A stretch of 64,000 bases of DNA from Candidatus Helarchaeota archaeon (lineage in GTDB: Archaea; Asgardarchaeota; Lokiarchaeia; Helarchaeales; RDOG01): assembly GCA_019058315.1 (NCBI GenBank), contig JAHPZH010000002.1, positions 1,229,910 through 1,293,909 on the forward strand, given 5' to 3'. The notes beneath the pieces were generated by a model. The model was not told where the DNA came from and ran no database searches. It saw only the letters and a list, made by a program, of their open reading frames with translations. Position 1 is the first letter of the stretch; each line of letters starts with the position of its first letter. The position numbers and the translations under genes were made by a program. This document shows positions 1 through 10,802 of this stretch, in pieces.

Positions 1-1975
1 TAAAAAGCATAAGGGGTTGAATAAAGAAGTTTTACAAGAAAATTGGAATGAGTATGTCTCTAATAATTTATTAACTCGGATTTTCGGATTTGAACTGATG
101 CTGATACCATATATGGTAGCTCATCTAAAACTTGGATTAAAATTAAGTGAAACTGGTTATAAATTTAAATCAAATGGAAACCTGAGAATCTATCTAGCAA
201 ATGCACTAGAAAATAAAAAAGATTATGATGGAGCTTTAAATTGTTCTATAATAATCGGAAATCCACCCTATTCAGGATTTCCTTCTAATAAGGGAAAATG
301 GATAACAGACCTTGTTAGAGATTATTATTACGTTGATGGGAAACGTTTAGATGAAAAAAATCCAAAATGGCTACTTGATGATTATGTTAAATTTATCCGA
401 TTTGGGCAATGGTGTATAAATCGAGCAGGATTCGGAATTTTAGCATTTATAACTAATCATGGATATTTAGATAATCCAACTTTTAGAGGAATGAGAGAAA
501 ATCTAATGAAAGATTTTCCAATAATATATGTTTGTGATTTACATGGTAATAGTATAAAAAAAGAAGTAGGTCCAGATGGTTCAAATGATGAGTGTGTTTT
601 TGATATAAAACAAGGAGTATGTATTAGTTTTTTTATTAAACCATTAAATAAAGTTAGCCAAAAACATGTTTATCATGTAGATGTATGGGGGTCAAGAGAA
701 GATAAATTTAATTGGTTAAAAACCCAAAATATTAATAAAATTAAATGGAATAATCTCTCTCCAATAACTCCATTCTATTTATTCGTTCCACAACAGAAAG
801 ATTTGTGGAAAGAATACCAAACAGGTATTAAGCTAACTGATATCTTTAAGATCTATTCTGCAGGAATTGCAACGGCTAGAGATCACTTTACAATTCAATG
901 GACTAGAGAGGAACTGCTCGATATATTAAAAGATTTTATAAAATTATCCCACGAAAATGCAAGAAAAAAGTATAATTTAAGAAAAGATGTTAGAGATTGG
1001 AAAGTAAAATTTGCCCAAAAAGACGTTATTAAAACAAATATTGACCCAAATCTTATCGTTCCAATTCTATATAGACCTTTTGATATTAGATATACTTATT
1101 ATACCGGAAGATCCAGAGGCTTTCTTTGTATGCCTCGACCCGAAGTTATGCAAAATATGTTATTAGGGAATAATATTGGTATTTCTGTTTCCCGATCAGT
1201 TCGTGGAGCTCCATGGAGAGATGTTTTCGTATCTACAATTATTACTGAATTTGGCTTGATTGCTACACGTCCAGGCAATACCGCACCTCTTTTTCCATTA
1301 TACATTTATGAAAAGAAGAAGAACAAGATTTTACGTAGCTCTAATCTGACAAATAAAGCGATTTCTATATTTTCGAAAAAACTTGGAATGAAATTTACTT
1401 ATAAGGAAAGAAATAATATAAATAATTCTTTTAATTCTGAAGATATTTTTAATTATATCTATTCAATACTCCACTCCCAGAAATTTAGAAAAAGATATGC
1501 CGAGTTTCTAAAAATTGATTTTCCATATATTCCTATAACAAAAAATATTGAATTTTTTAAGCAGTTAACTAAATTAGGTGCCGATTTAGTAGCTCTTCAT
1601 ACACTAAATTCAAATTCACTCCCTTTAAAAGATATAGTTCATTTCATAGAAGGATCTAATGGAAAGCAAATGGGAAAATTTAATAGAGATTGTTATAAGA
1701 ATGGAAAAATATTCATTGATTTGAATAGAAAAAATGATGGTTCATATTTTAATGGTATTCCAGAAGATGTATGGAATTTCTTTATTGGTTCATATCAAGT
1801 TTGTTATAAATGGTTATATAATAAGAGCGTAAAAGGAAAGAAAAAAGGTAAACTTTTAACAAAAAATGATATTCAATCTTTTAAAAAAATAGTAATTGCA
1901 ATAAAAAATACAATTCAATTAAGGGAAAAAATCGATAAATTAATAGATGAATACGGTGGTTGGCCAATTAAATAA
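1..1975 (+). CDS. Type ISP/IIG-like restriction-modification enzyme, C-terminal part (N6-adenine MTase + target recognition domain); 5'-truncated by the window
   Basis: Motifs GFELM..PY, IIGNPPYSG, DDYVKFIR, NHGYLDNPTFRGMR, YRPFD, LKIDFP and IGSYQV..KWL. The frame is open back to the window edge. Confidence 0.85.
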   Translation, partial: KKHKGLNKEVLQENWNEYVSNNLLTRIFGFELMLIPYMVAHLKLGLKLSETGYKFKSNGNLRIYLANALENKKDYDGALNCSIIIGNPPYSGFPSNKGKWITDLVRDYYYVDGKRLDEKNPKWLLDDYVKFIRFGQWCINRAGFGILAFITNHGYLDNPTFRGMRENLMKDFPIIYVCDLHGNSIKKEVGPDGSNDECVFDIKQGVCISFFIKPLNKVSQKHVYHVDVWGSREDKFNWLKTQNINKIKWNNLSPITPFYLFVPQQKDLWKEYQTGIKLTDIFKIYSAGIATARDHFTIQWTREELLDILKDFIKLSHENARKKYNLRKDVRDWKVKFAQKDVIKTNIDPNLIVPILYRPFDIRYTYYTGRSRGFLCMPRPEVMQNMLLGNNIGISVSRSVRGAPWRDVFVSTIITEFGLIATRPGNTAPLFPLYIYEKKKNKILRSSNLTNKAISIFSKKLGMKFTYKERNNINNSFNSEDIFNYIYSILHSQKFRKRYAEFLKIDFPYIPITKNIEFFKQLTKLGADLVALHTLNSNSLPLKDIVHFIEGSNGKQMGKFNRDCYKNGKIFIDLNRKNDGSYFNGIPEDVWNFFIGSYQVCYKWLYNKSVKGKKKGKLLTKNDIQSFKKIVIAIKNTIQLREKIDKLIDEYGGWPIK

Positions 1976-2001
1976 AAAAGTAGAATTTCAGTGACTTAAA
2001 A

Positions 2002-3063
2002 TTGGATGTAAATAAAATAATCCATTATGATTCAAGAAAATTAGAGGAAATAATTGATCAAAAATCAATTGATTTCATTATGTTTTCCCCACCTTATTGG
2101 AATATAAGAAACTATGGTTATGAAGGTCAGATAGGATATAAACAGAGCTATAATGAATTTTTAGAAAGCATGAAACAAGTAGTAAAAAAATGTTATGATG
2201 TATTAAAAGATGGAAGATTCATGGCAATAATTACTGGAACGGTAGTATCTAACCAAGGAATGAAATTCTTGGCTGGAGATTTCATTAATTTATGCAAAAA
2301 TGTTGGTCTTATATTTCGCAAAGACATAATTTGGAATAAACCAAGAGGAACTACAAAATGGCAAAGAGGTGCAACATTATTTACGCAAAATCCATATCCT
2401 CTGAAATTTAACACTAATATAAGTCATGAATATATCCTAATATTTTCTAAGGGCGAGATTGAAATATTGGATTATAAAAAATTGGCAGTTATGCCATTTA
2501 CAAGGGATTTTGTCCGAGCTGTAAGTTATAGTGTATGGGATATTAAGCCAGTAAATTCACCAATAAAGGATGAGGGTCATGTTGCTCCTTATCCTGATGA
2601 ATTATGTGAGATCTTGATAGAATTATTCAGTATGCCTGAAGAAATTGTTTTGGATCCATTTTGTGGTTCTGGAACGACTTGTAAAGTAGCCAAAAAAATG
2701 GGACGTTTATTTATTGGGATTGATAAGTCTAAAAAATACTGTGAAATTGCGAGAAAAAATGTTGATAATGTAGAATTTAACTCATATAAATCTCCCAATA
2801 TAGCAAATGAAAATTATTTAGATATGTATTACAATACTCAACAATTAGAGGGAGAAATAATAAGCATTTTAGAAAAAAATTCACTCACAAAAGATGAATT
2901 ATTTAAAAATCTTCAAAGATATTGCACTTTTAATAAATTAAAGAATACATTAGCAAGATTAAATAAGAAAAATATTATCGAGTATAATCGCAAAAATAAA
3001 AAATGGGTGTTAATAGAGACTAGTAGTGAAAATAAAAAGAAGAATCTAGGGGATTATTTTTAG
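2002..3063 (+). CDS. Beta-class N4-cytosine/N6-adenine DNA methyltransferase with C-terminal winged-helix-like extension
   Basis: SPPY (motif IV) precedes DPFCGSGTT (motif I); also HVAPYP. The C-terminal ~70 aa look wHTH-like. Confidence 0.88.
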   Translation: MDVNKIIHYDSRKLEEIIDQKSIDFIMFSPPYWNIRNYGYEGQIGYKQSYNEFLESMKQVVKKCYDVLKDGRFMAIITGTVVSNQGMKFLAGDFINLCKNVGLIFRKDIIWNKPRGTTKWQRGATLFTQNPYPLKFNTNISHEYILIFSKGEIEILDYKKLAVMPFTRDFVRAVSYSVWDIKPVNSPIKDEGHVAPYPDELCEILIELFSMPEEIVLDPFCGSGTTCKVAKKMGRLFIGIDKSKKYCEIARKNVDNVEFNSYKSPNIANENYLDMYYNTQQLEGEIISILEKNSLTKDELFKNLQRYCTFNKLKNTLARLNKKNIIEYNRKNKKWVLIETSSENKKKNLGDYF

Positions 3064-3332
3064 TTAAATGATATAAAAAACCTTTTTTCTATAAGATTAA
3101 GGTTTAATTAAATTGGATTTTATACTTATAAAGCATTTTTATTTATAAACCTTTTAAAAGGTATAAAAATATGTTGAACTCCTTTTGTTTTTAAAGTGAT
3201 TTCATATTTAAAGCCGACAAAAATAATATAAATGAGTTGTGCTGTTATAATAAAGTGTAGGGTATAATTTTTTGGATTTTATCAAAGAATTAAAATTAAA
3301 AAATTAACACCCAAAATTGGAAGTCGCAAGAA

Positions 3333-3671
3333 ATGAAAATTATGAATGTTTCAAATCCGCGACAGAGGAGCACTTCTGTGGTTGAATCTGATGAGATTAC
3401 TGTTGCTCCAGTTTTTAATATTGATGAAGCAAAAAGATTTGTTTCTTTCATTCAGAATTTTAAGAAAGAAAATGATTTAACTCAACTTTACATACGTATT
3501 CCTGGTAGTTGGCGAAGCGATGATGCAAGCCGGAAAATATTATTTGAGTATTTAAAAGAATCTCATGATTATGTGATAATTGAGACTTCTCCGGTCTTAA
3601 GAGCGTACTTTAAAACGGAATTAACAATTCGAGACGGTGATCCTAAAAAAATTCTAAAAGAGAGAAAATAA
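3333..3671 (+). CDS. Hypothetical protein (possibly STAS/SpoIIAA-like)
   Basis: 112-aa ORF in its own intergenic slot; the alpha/beta pattern is only suggestive. Confidence 0.55.
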   Translation: MKIMNVSNPRQRSTSVVESDEITVAPVFNIDEAKRFVSFIQNFKKENDLTQLYIRIPGSWRSDDASRKILFEYLKESHDYVIIETSPVLRAYFKTELTIRDGDPKKILKERK

Positions 3672-3693
3672 TATAGGGTTACAATAAAATTTT

Positions 3694-5151
3694 TTAGAGT
3701 TTTTCAACAGTAGGTTTAGGAATAATTTTAAATCCATGAGCTGGAGCGTCATCTAATTTTTCTGGTAGAGTTATTGCTAAATCTTCCCCTATTTGTTTCC
3801 AGCTTAGTTTTTTAGTATTACTGAGTAAATAAATTTGTGCATTTTTTTCTATATGAAGTGATTTTATTAGGATTTTCTCGGTTTTTGGAGTATCTAAAAT
3901 GATTACATAAAGTATATTCTCCTTCTGTGTGAATCGGATATCAAGACCATCATCAGTTTTACCTTCCGCTCTTATCCATGGTCTTGTTTCAAATATTGCC
4001 TCACCATTAGTTTCAAGCCACTTCCCTAATCCTAAGAGCCGCTCAACTTGCATTTCTGCAATAGTACCGTCTGCCATAGGTCCAACATTCAATAATAGAT
4101 TTCCATTTTTACTAACAATATCTACAAACATTCTAACAAGTTCAACAACTGTTATATGCTCTTTTTCTCCCTCTTCTCGGTTAAATCCGAAGGAATATCC
4201 TATCCCACGACAAGATTCAAACTTATCTTTTTTAATTTTATGATATGTCGCATATTCAGGAGTTCTATAATCATAATGAGGTGGTTTAAGAACATCTGCA
4301 CCAGCACCATCAGACACTTCTTTAGCCGCTTGTGTAAATCTATCTAAGTTGTCTCTAATAAGTTCTCTCATTTTTTTAGTAATTTGAAACCAACGGTCAT
4401 TGACTACACCATCAGGTATTTTGTTATAAAAATATGCAATTACTTCATAAGGATTTGCATCTGGTGGATAGCTGATATCGTTCCATATAATTGAAGGTTC
4501 ATATAAATCAATTAATTCTAGAAAATGGTTTTTAATATATTCATTATATTCTGGATCAAGTGGTCCATTAGTCACAAAACTTAAAAAATCTTGGATTGGT
4601 TCTTCATTAAAGGTCCAATCTAACCCTCCTGAATAATAAAAACCCATGCGCATTCCTCTTTCTTTAACTGCTTTAGTAAGCTCCCCAACAATATTTCTCT
4701 TGGCAAAATGATTCTTTCTTTTTGGATTTGGATATTTACTTGGCCAAAGAAGAAATCCATCATGATGTTTGGTGCCAAGAACAACGTAGCGGGCTCCAAT
4801 TTTTTTGAATAAATCTGCCATTTTATTTGGATCCCATTTTTTTATGGCTTGATTAAATTCAGGTATAAAGTCAAAATAAGTAAAATCCTTGCCATATACT
4901 TTATTATGATGTTTTTGGGTTGGGCTATCCTTAATTTTCAATGTGTTAAAATACCACTCAGCATATGGATTATTTTTAAAATGATATGCCTGATCTTTCT
5001 TCATTGTTTCGCTTATACTCCCTTGCGAAGTAGGAGCAAAAGCTGGAACCGAATATATCCCCCAATGAATGAATATCCCCAGTTTGGCATCATGGAACCA
5101 AGCAGGAACTTTATGTTTACGGACGGATTTTAAATTAGGTTCATATTTCAT
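3694..5151 (-). CDS. Alpha-L-fucosidase (GH29)
   Basis: Motifs WFHDAKLGIFIHWGIYSVP, YAEWY, KHHDGF, WND, VNDRW and VSKNGNLLLNVGP. Confidence 0.95.
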   Translation of the reverse strand: MKYEPNLKSVRKHKVPAWFHDAKLGIFIHWGIYSVPAFAPTSQGSISETMKKDQAYHFKNNPYAEWYFNTLKIKDSPTQKHHNKVYGKDFTYFDFIPEFNQAIKKWDPNKMADLFKKIGARYVVLGTKHHDGFLLWPSKYPNPKRKNHFAKRNIVGELTKAVKERGMRMGFYYSGGLDWTFNEEPIQDFLSFVTNGPLDPEYNEYIKNHFLELIDLYEPSIIWNDISYPPDANPYEVIAYFYNKIPDGVVNDRWFQITKKMRELIRDNLDRFTQAAKEVSDGAGADVLKPPHYDYRTPEYATYHKIKKDKFESCRGIGYSFGFNREEGEKEHITVVELVRMFVDIVSKNGNLLLNVGPMADGTIAEMQVERLLGLGKWLETNGEAIFETRPWIRAEGKTDDGLDIRFTQKENILYVIILDTPKTEKILIKSLHIEKNAQIYLLSNTKKLSWKQIGEDLAITLPEKLDDAPAHGFKIIPKPTVEKL

Positions 5152-5260
5152 TTTTAGGTCACCATATTCAACAATTAAAAATTTTAATTATCTAATAATA
5201 TTTACTTTTTTTAAATGAATAAAAAAAATCAAAAAATAATAAAAATTGGAGTAAATTAAT

Positions 5261-6280
5261 ATGCCAATTCCAAAAGCTTTGAAGCGTTATGCTGCCCAAA
5301 TTGGGTTTCCAAATTCGGAAACTATGGCTCGTATTTTTGAGATTCTTTTTGATGAAGAAGATGATTTAAAGATTGTCAAAGCATTATCCCGACCACGAAC
5401 AATGGAAAAATTAATCGAAAAATCTGGTTTGCCAGAGAAAAGAGTTAAGGAGTTAGTAGATAAATTAATGTCTCGTGGTGCTATCAGCCAACCTATGAAG
5501 GATCCTAACTTATATCGACTATATCCTGCCATGATTGAGCTTAGGGATGGTTCTTGTTTGAATCCAGATGCGCCTCAGGAACTTTTCGAACTCTGGGAAA
5601 AAATTGTTTATAAAGAACTTCCTCCACTTATATCCATGTTAGATAATCTTAAAATTCCGCCTATAGTGCGAGTAATCCCTATAGAAAGATCGGTAGAAGT
5701 GCAGAACTCTGTTTTAGATCCCGATTCAGCAAGAAAAATCTTCCGAGACGCGGAAATTGTCTCGGTTATGCCTTGTGTATGCCGTAAGGTAGCTCGTAAA
5801 AATAATCGAGGTCAAGACTGTCCTGCACCTGAAGATGCTGTCTGCATGCAAATAAACGGTTTTGCTAAAGCTGCCTTAAAAAGTGGGGTTGCTGAGCAGA
5901 TTAGTAATGAAGAAGCATTACGACGTATCAGTCTAGCAGAAGAAGCGGGCTTGGTTCATATGGTACGAAATAATATTAAGGAAGATATGTTTATGTGTAA
6001 TTGTTGTTCTTGTTGCTGCACAGGTCTATATATATCAAATCAAGTGGGATATCTTGAAGGTATAGCTCCTTCTCGTTTTAGAGTAAAGCTCAATGAAGAA
6101 GCTTGCGTGGGCTGTGGAACTTGTGAAACGAGATGCCAATTCCATGCAATCAGTGTAGATAATGTAGCTTCCATAAATCTTGAAAAATGCTATGGATGCG
6201 GAAACTGTGTCATTACTTGTCCCGAAGAAGCACTTGTCTTAGAGGAAATACGTCCTTTAGAGCATATCCGAGTGACATAA
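5261..6280 (+). CDS. 4Fe-4S dicluster protein with N-terminal HTH-like region
   Basis: Motifs CVCR and CNCCSCCC, plus two CxxCxxCxxxC motifs at the C-terminus. Confidence 0.85.
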   Translation: MPIPKALKRYAAQIGFPNSETMARIFEILFDEEDDLKIVKALSRPRTMEKLIEKSGLPEKRVKELVDKLMSRGAISQPMKDPNLYRLYPAMIELRDGSCLNPDAPQELFELWEKIVYKELPPLISMLDNLKIPPIVRVIPIERSVEVQNSVLDPDSARKIFRDAEIVSVMPCVCRKVARKNNRGQDCPAPEDAVCMQINGFAKAALKSGVAEQISNEEALRRISLAEEAGLVHMVRNNIKEDMFMCNCCSCCCTGLYISNQVGYLEGIAPSRFRVKLNEEACVGCGTCETRCQFHAISVDNVASINLEKCYGCGNCVITCPEEALVLEEIRPLEHIRVT

Positions 6281-6282
6281 TA

Positions 6283-7425
6283 TTAGGATTTTTCAGGTTG
6301 AGGATCATTTATACGACCCATGAATAATATGCCACCATTTTGTTTATCTAAGATGAAAAATAGAAAAGGATGATCAGCTTTAAATGTGGGAGAAGGAGGA
6401 GGAAGCCCTCCTGTAGGAGCCATTACTATTGCCGTAATAGCAGCTGCTTCAGTCCCTTCTTCATCTACTTTAATATAAGCTTTATGAATGATAAGATCGA
6501 TATAAAAGTCCTTTTTACCAGTCATACCAGAAAAGTCTGCACCTTCCTTTAAAAAAGCCTCCCTCATACCTAAATTATTTAAATTACGATTCAATTTATA
6601 TTCTGTCTCAAATTCAAATTTTGGCACATAGACTAATACTGACTGCAATTTAGACTCCTTTAACATGTTATCTAATTGATCAATGGTGAGTTGTTTTTCA
6701 AAAAATTCGAGATCCCTATTTGTTTTAGGTAATAAGATGACCATTGAAAATCTTGTGTTTTTATATTTCATTTCAAGCAGCTGAAAATTAGATCCTTCCA
6801 AATAGTTGAATCCCTTATGTTCAAACATCATTGGGACATCTTTTTTCCTTCCATCTTTCAAGGTGAATGGAAGATCTTTCGTATTATTTTTTTTAAAGGG
6901 TATAAGCCAAAGACCCTTGAAATAAATTACGTTAATAAGGACCAACTTGGTATTCGGATCTAATGAATCTGCAACTTTATCTATTTTTCCTTTAGTTTGT
7001 TCCTGTACCCAAGCATTAATTTGCTGAATGGCACTACCAACTAGAAAATTAACTTCAAATATATTTTCTCCATAATTGTCCTTTATAGTATTCAAGTAAT
7101 CATCTAGGAGTTTTAATCCAATTGCTACCCAGATAGAATTAGCGATATGTAATTCCAGCCCATCTCCTTTATCTTGAAGCTTCAAACTATTTAGATAAAC
7201 CTTATAAATAGGATGTAGTAAATCATTTTTTAATGATAATTTAAAAACATTCTTAATTTCGTCTGCAGTTTTTTCTGCTGCCCCAGCATATGCCATAGTT
7301 ACACAAGCGTGAATACTAAAGGGGCTAAAGAACAAATTTTCATCTATCATTCTCAATTCGTGTAATAGATCGAGAGCAAAGGTATTAATACCATTCACAA
7401 TATCTTTAATTTCGTTTTTACTCAT
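6283..7425 (-). CDS. Serpin (serine protease inhibitor family)
   Basis: Motifs NLFFSPFSI, NVIYFKGLW, hinge EEGTEAAA and FKADHPFLFFI...LFMGRI. Confidence 0.95.
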   Translation of the reverse strand: MSKNEIKDIVNGINTFALDLLHELRMIDENLFFSPFSIHACVTMAYAGAAEKTADEIKNVFKLSLKNDLLHPIYKVYLNSLKLQDKGDGLELHIANSIWVAIGLKLLDDYLNTIKDNYGENIFEVNFLVGSAIQQINAWVQEQTKGKIDKVADSLDPNTKLVLINVIYFKGLWLIPFKKNNTKDLPFTLKDGRKKDVPMMFEHKGFNYLEGSNFQLLEMKYKNTRFSMVILLPKTNRDLEFFEKQLTIDQLDNMLKESKLQSVLVYVPKFEFETEYKLNRNLNNLGMREAFLKEGADFSGMTGKKDFYIDLIIHKAYIKVDEEGTEAAAITAIVMAPTGGLPPPSPTFKADHPFLFFILDKQNGGILFMGRINDPQPEKS

Positions 7426-7629
7426 TAAACTTCACTTAGAATTATTTATCACTATCAAATGTTATATGAATTAGTTTAAAATTGATTGAAGATTTTTTAT
7501 TTAAATATTTACTCTCAAATAATGTAATTTAATAATTTTATGAATAAATTGAAATTATACAAAGATTTATTTCACTAATTATATTTTTAAACTATAAGAA
7601 CAATTTGAATCCAAACAGAAGAGATTTTA

Positions 7630-10062
7630 ATGATTGAACTCGAATTCTTATACAGAATTTTAAAAGCAGTTATTATTCTCATTGTTTTAATAGTCATTAT
7701 TTATTTTTCTATCCCATTTTTCTTTGATTTATTCGTTTACTCTGATGCAACCTACAAATATTCAAAGGATGATTTTAAAGCATTAAAAAAGGGATTTGAA
7801 GCATCTCAAATTCCATCACAAAATAATATTCCAGAATTGAGAATCGACCCTCAAACTGGGGAATATTCAATTATTTTCGGAGAAAAAAGGCAACTTATTA
7901 ATGGTCTTGTAAAAATTCACACTCAAAAAAAGTGGTTTTCATCAGTTATAACTAAAAATGGAGAACAAGATCTCAAATTAAAAGATTTTTTACAAGAAAA
8001 AGGTAATGATGATTTAGGTGGATTTAAAAAATTTACTCTAGTTTGGGAATTGGATGGAAAATTATCATTTAACACGAGTTTTTATCAATATCCAAATCAA
8101 CCATTTATTATTTTTGAACAAGAATTTCCAGATAAAATAAAATCTACATCTATTGGAGATTTTAATAAACCAATAACTTTATTTCCCTGTTTTAAAAATG
8201 AAAGCCCGAATACAAATATTTTTACTTTTAAGAATTCTATATTTTGCCCTCCCTCAAAAAAATTAGATCATACATCCGCCCCAGTCATGTTTTATGATGA
8301 GGGGCTTAATTCTTTTATTTTATCATCGATGAATAATTTTCTTGTTGGAATGATAACTCAAAACGAGACTATTAATTGTGGGATAGCGGGAGAAGTAGAA
8401 TCTATTCCTAAAGATTTTAAATTTCGATTCCTCATGTATTTCGGAAAAGGAATTAACGAAACTTTTAAAAAATGGGGTGATATTCTTCTAAAATTTCATC
8501 ATGCAGAACGTAAATCTGCCTATGCAGATCCAATCGTTTCTTACTTGGGATATTGGACTGATAATGGGGCACATTATTATTATAAAAAGGAAAGAAGGAT
8601 GAATTACCAACAAACCTATGAAAAACTTTTAGAATATGTAAAAAAAGAAAAAATTCCATTTGGGTATTATCATTTTGATTCGTGGTTTTATTATAGAGCT
8701 TTTTCATGGATGCCTGCATATATTGGAATGCTTATATTAAACGGTGGAATAAAGAAATGGGAATTTAAAAAACATGAGTTCCCAGAGGGAATTGAGGAAC
8801 TCCAAAAAAAGTTAGGAAAACCCATTAGTTGTCATAGTCGTTTTTTTCATGGTAGATGTGTATATGCTAAGAAATTTAAATTTCATAAAGTAGGTCGAAT
8901 AATTAATACCTGGGGTTTGCCACTTGAATTTGAATTTTGGGATACGCTAATGAAAATGACAAAATCTTGGGGTATGGCACTTTATGAACAAGATTGGATG
9001 AATAACCAATTTAGAAAATTCAAATATTTAAGGAATGATGTTGAACACGCACGCAAATGGCTTCTGGACATGGGAAATGCTGCAGCAAAATATGGGATTA
9101 CAATTCAATATTGTATGGCTACCCCTGCTATGTTTATGCAGAGCATTGAGCTCCCGAACGTAACAAATGCTAGAATGAGTGGAGATTATAACGCAAGGTT
9201 TCGAAAAACCTCATCCTTTCCACATTTCACACAAACTTCTATATTAGGTTACGCTTTAGGTATTTGGCCCTCAAAAGACACATTTAGGTCCTCCTCCCAT
9301 CCTGGTCATTTTTATATAGAGAAATTTCCAGAATTGGAGACCCTAATGTGTATTTTAAGTGCTGGAGTCGTAGGTCCTGGGGATCCAGTTGGTCATTTAA
9401 ATCGTGAGCTTTTAATGAAAACTTGCAGAGAAGATGGTTTATTATTAAAACCAGATGGACCCTTAACTGCCGTCGATTTCATGTTTAAAAAACATTCAAC
9501 TTACTATATTTCAAGCACTTTGTCGAAGAAAGATGAACTTGAGTGGTATTACATATTAGTAATGAACCTATTTCCAAAGAGAGTCAAAAATAAAAACTTT
9601 AAATTAAAGGATCTTGGAATTCGAGGAAATTATATTTTATACGATTTTGATAAGAAAACGTTCCAAGAGATTTCTATTGATGCTCAAATTTTCCAATCGT
9701 TGAGAAAGAATGAACATAAATATTACATCTTAGCGCCACTCATTAATCGGGATATCGCAATTATCGGTAACCCTAAAAAATTTGTAACTTGTAGTAATAA
9801 GCAATTTCCTTCTATTAAACAAACAGATACTGAAATAATCGTTGAAATTGAAGATTTACCCTCCTCTAAAATCGAAATTTTAGTCTTTTCTAAGAAAAAA
9901 CCAAACCAAATATCAGATAATGAAGGAAAACTTCGCGAATTTTCCTCTAATTCTGAATTAGATTCCAACAATAGGGGTTGGTATTACAATTCTTTAAAAC
10001 TTATGATAAAAGTTCAATTAGATTCAGATGGAAAACAGATTATTATTCTAAAATGTGTATAA
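7630..10062 (+). CDS. Membrane-anchored clan GH-D-like (GH36/Sip1-related) glycoside hydrolase
   Basis: N-terminal TM helix; motifs YWTDNGAHYYY, DSWFY, YEQDW (putative nucleophile), RMSGDY (putative acid/base) and GPGD.VG...DGLLLKPD. Confidence 0.6.
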   Translation: MIELEFLYRILKAVIILIVLIVIIYFSIPFFFDLFVYSDATYKYSKDDFKALKKGFEASQIPSQNNIPELRIDPQTGEYSIIFGEKRQLINGLVKIHTQKKWFSSVITKNGEQDLKLKDFLQEKGNDDLGGFKKFTLVWELDGKLSFNTSFYQYPNQPFIIFEQEFPDKIKSTSIGDFNKPITLFPCFKNESPNTNIFTFKNSIFCPPSKKLDHTSAPVMFYDEGLNSFILSSMNNFLVGMITQNETINCGIAGEVESIPKDFKFRFLMYFGKGINETFKKWGDILLKFHHAERKSAYADPIVSYLGYWTDNGAHYYYKKERRMNYQQTYEKLLEYVKKEKIPFGYYHFDSWFYYRAFSWMPAYIGMLILNGGIKKWEFKKHEFPEGIEELQKKLGKPISCHSRFFHGRCVYAKKFKFHKVGRIINTWGLPLEFEFWDTLMKMTKSWGMALYEQDWMNNQFRKFKYLRNDVEHARKWLLDMGNAAAKYGITIQYCMATPAMFMQSIELPNVTNARMSGDYNARFRKTSSFPHFTQTSILGYALGIWPSKDTFRSSSHPGHFYIEKFPELETLMCILSAGVVGPGDPVGHLNRELLMKTCREDGLLLKPDGPLTAVDFMFKKHSTYYISSTLSKKDELEWYYILVMNLFPKRVKNKNFKLKDLGIRGNYILYDFDKKTFQEISIDAQIFQSLRKNEHKYYILAPLINRDIAIIGNPKKFVTCSNKQFPSIKQTDTEIIVEIEDLPSSKIEILVFSKKKPNQISDNEGKLREFSSNSELDSNNRGWYYNSLKLMIKVQLDSDGKQIIILKCV

Positions 10063-10079
10063 AAAATGGGGTATCAAAA

Positions 10080-10781
10080 TTGGAAATAGATATCGAAAAA
10101 TGCACAGGATGTGGACAATGTGTTATGCTTTGTCCTGTCCAAGCAATTAAATTAATTGATAATAAAGCACACATCGATAAAGATCTTTGTGTAGAATGTT
10201 CTATTTGTTATAGAAATGCAGGATGTCCTGGTAAAGCAATTAAACCGAAACGTTTGAAATGGCCTAGATTAGTTCGAAATCCTTTTAGTGATGTTATTGC
10301 TACTCACAAATTAACAGGAGTTCCGGGGAGAGGAACTGAAGAAATGAAAACTAACGATATAACAAGTCGTTTTGGTGAAAATGAAATAGGAATATCAATT
10401 GAAATTGGAAGACCGGGAGTAGGAACTCGACTTAGGAATATTGAATTATTCAGTATTGAATTATCAAAAATTGGAGTAGATTATGAAGAAGCAAGTCCTG
10501 TCACTGCTCTCTTTGCCGATGATCATGGGTATATCAAGGAAGAAATAAAAAATGAAAGGGTGCTTTCGGCGATTATAGAATTTAAAGTGCCTATTAATAA
10601 AGCTACTCAAGTGTTTCAATTAATCAAAGAAGTAGAAAAAAAGATAGATACGGTATTTTCTGTTGGCGTTATTTCACGAGTTGCTGAAAATGGAACTATA
10701 CCTATCATAAATCTTTTATCTGAACAGGGATTTTCAATAAGACCAAATGCTAAAATAAATGTTGGATTAGGAAAACCTTAA
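10080..10781 (+). CDS. 4Fe-4S ferredoxin-domain protein
   Basis: Motifs CTGCGQCVMLCP, CVECSIC and GRGTEEMKTND. The in-frame TTG at 10080 avoids overlap with the upstream gene. Confidence 0.85.
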   Translation: MEIDIEKCTGCGQCVMLCPVQAIKLIDNKAHIDKDLCVECSICYRNAGCPGKAIKPKRLKWPRLVRNPFSDVIATHKLTGVPGRGTEEMKTNDITSRFGENEIGISIEIGRPGVGTRLRNIELFSIELSKIGVDYEEASPVTALFADDHGYIKEEIKNERVLSAIIEFKVPINKATQVFQLIKEVEKKIDTVFSVGVISRVAENGTIPIINLLSEQGFSIRPNAKINVGLGKP

Positions 10782-10802
10782 TTCTGAAGAGGTGAAAAGA
10801 TC

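Noticed and set aside
9978-10079. ORF-track N-terminal extension of the ferredoxin gene
   Set aside because: It overlaps the upstream hydrolase gene; TTG 10080 gives a typical ferredoxin start.
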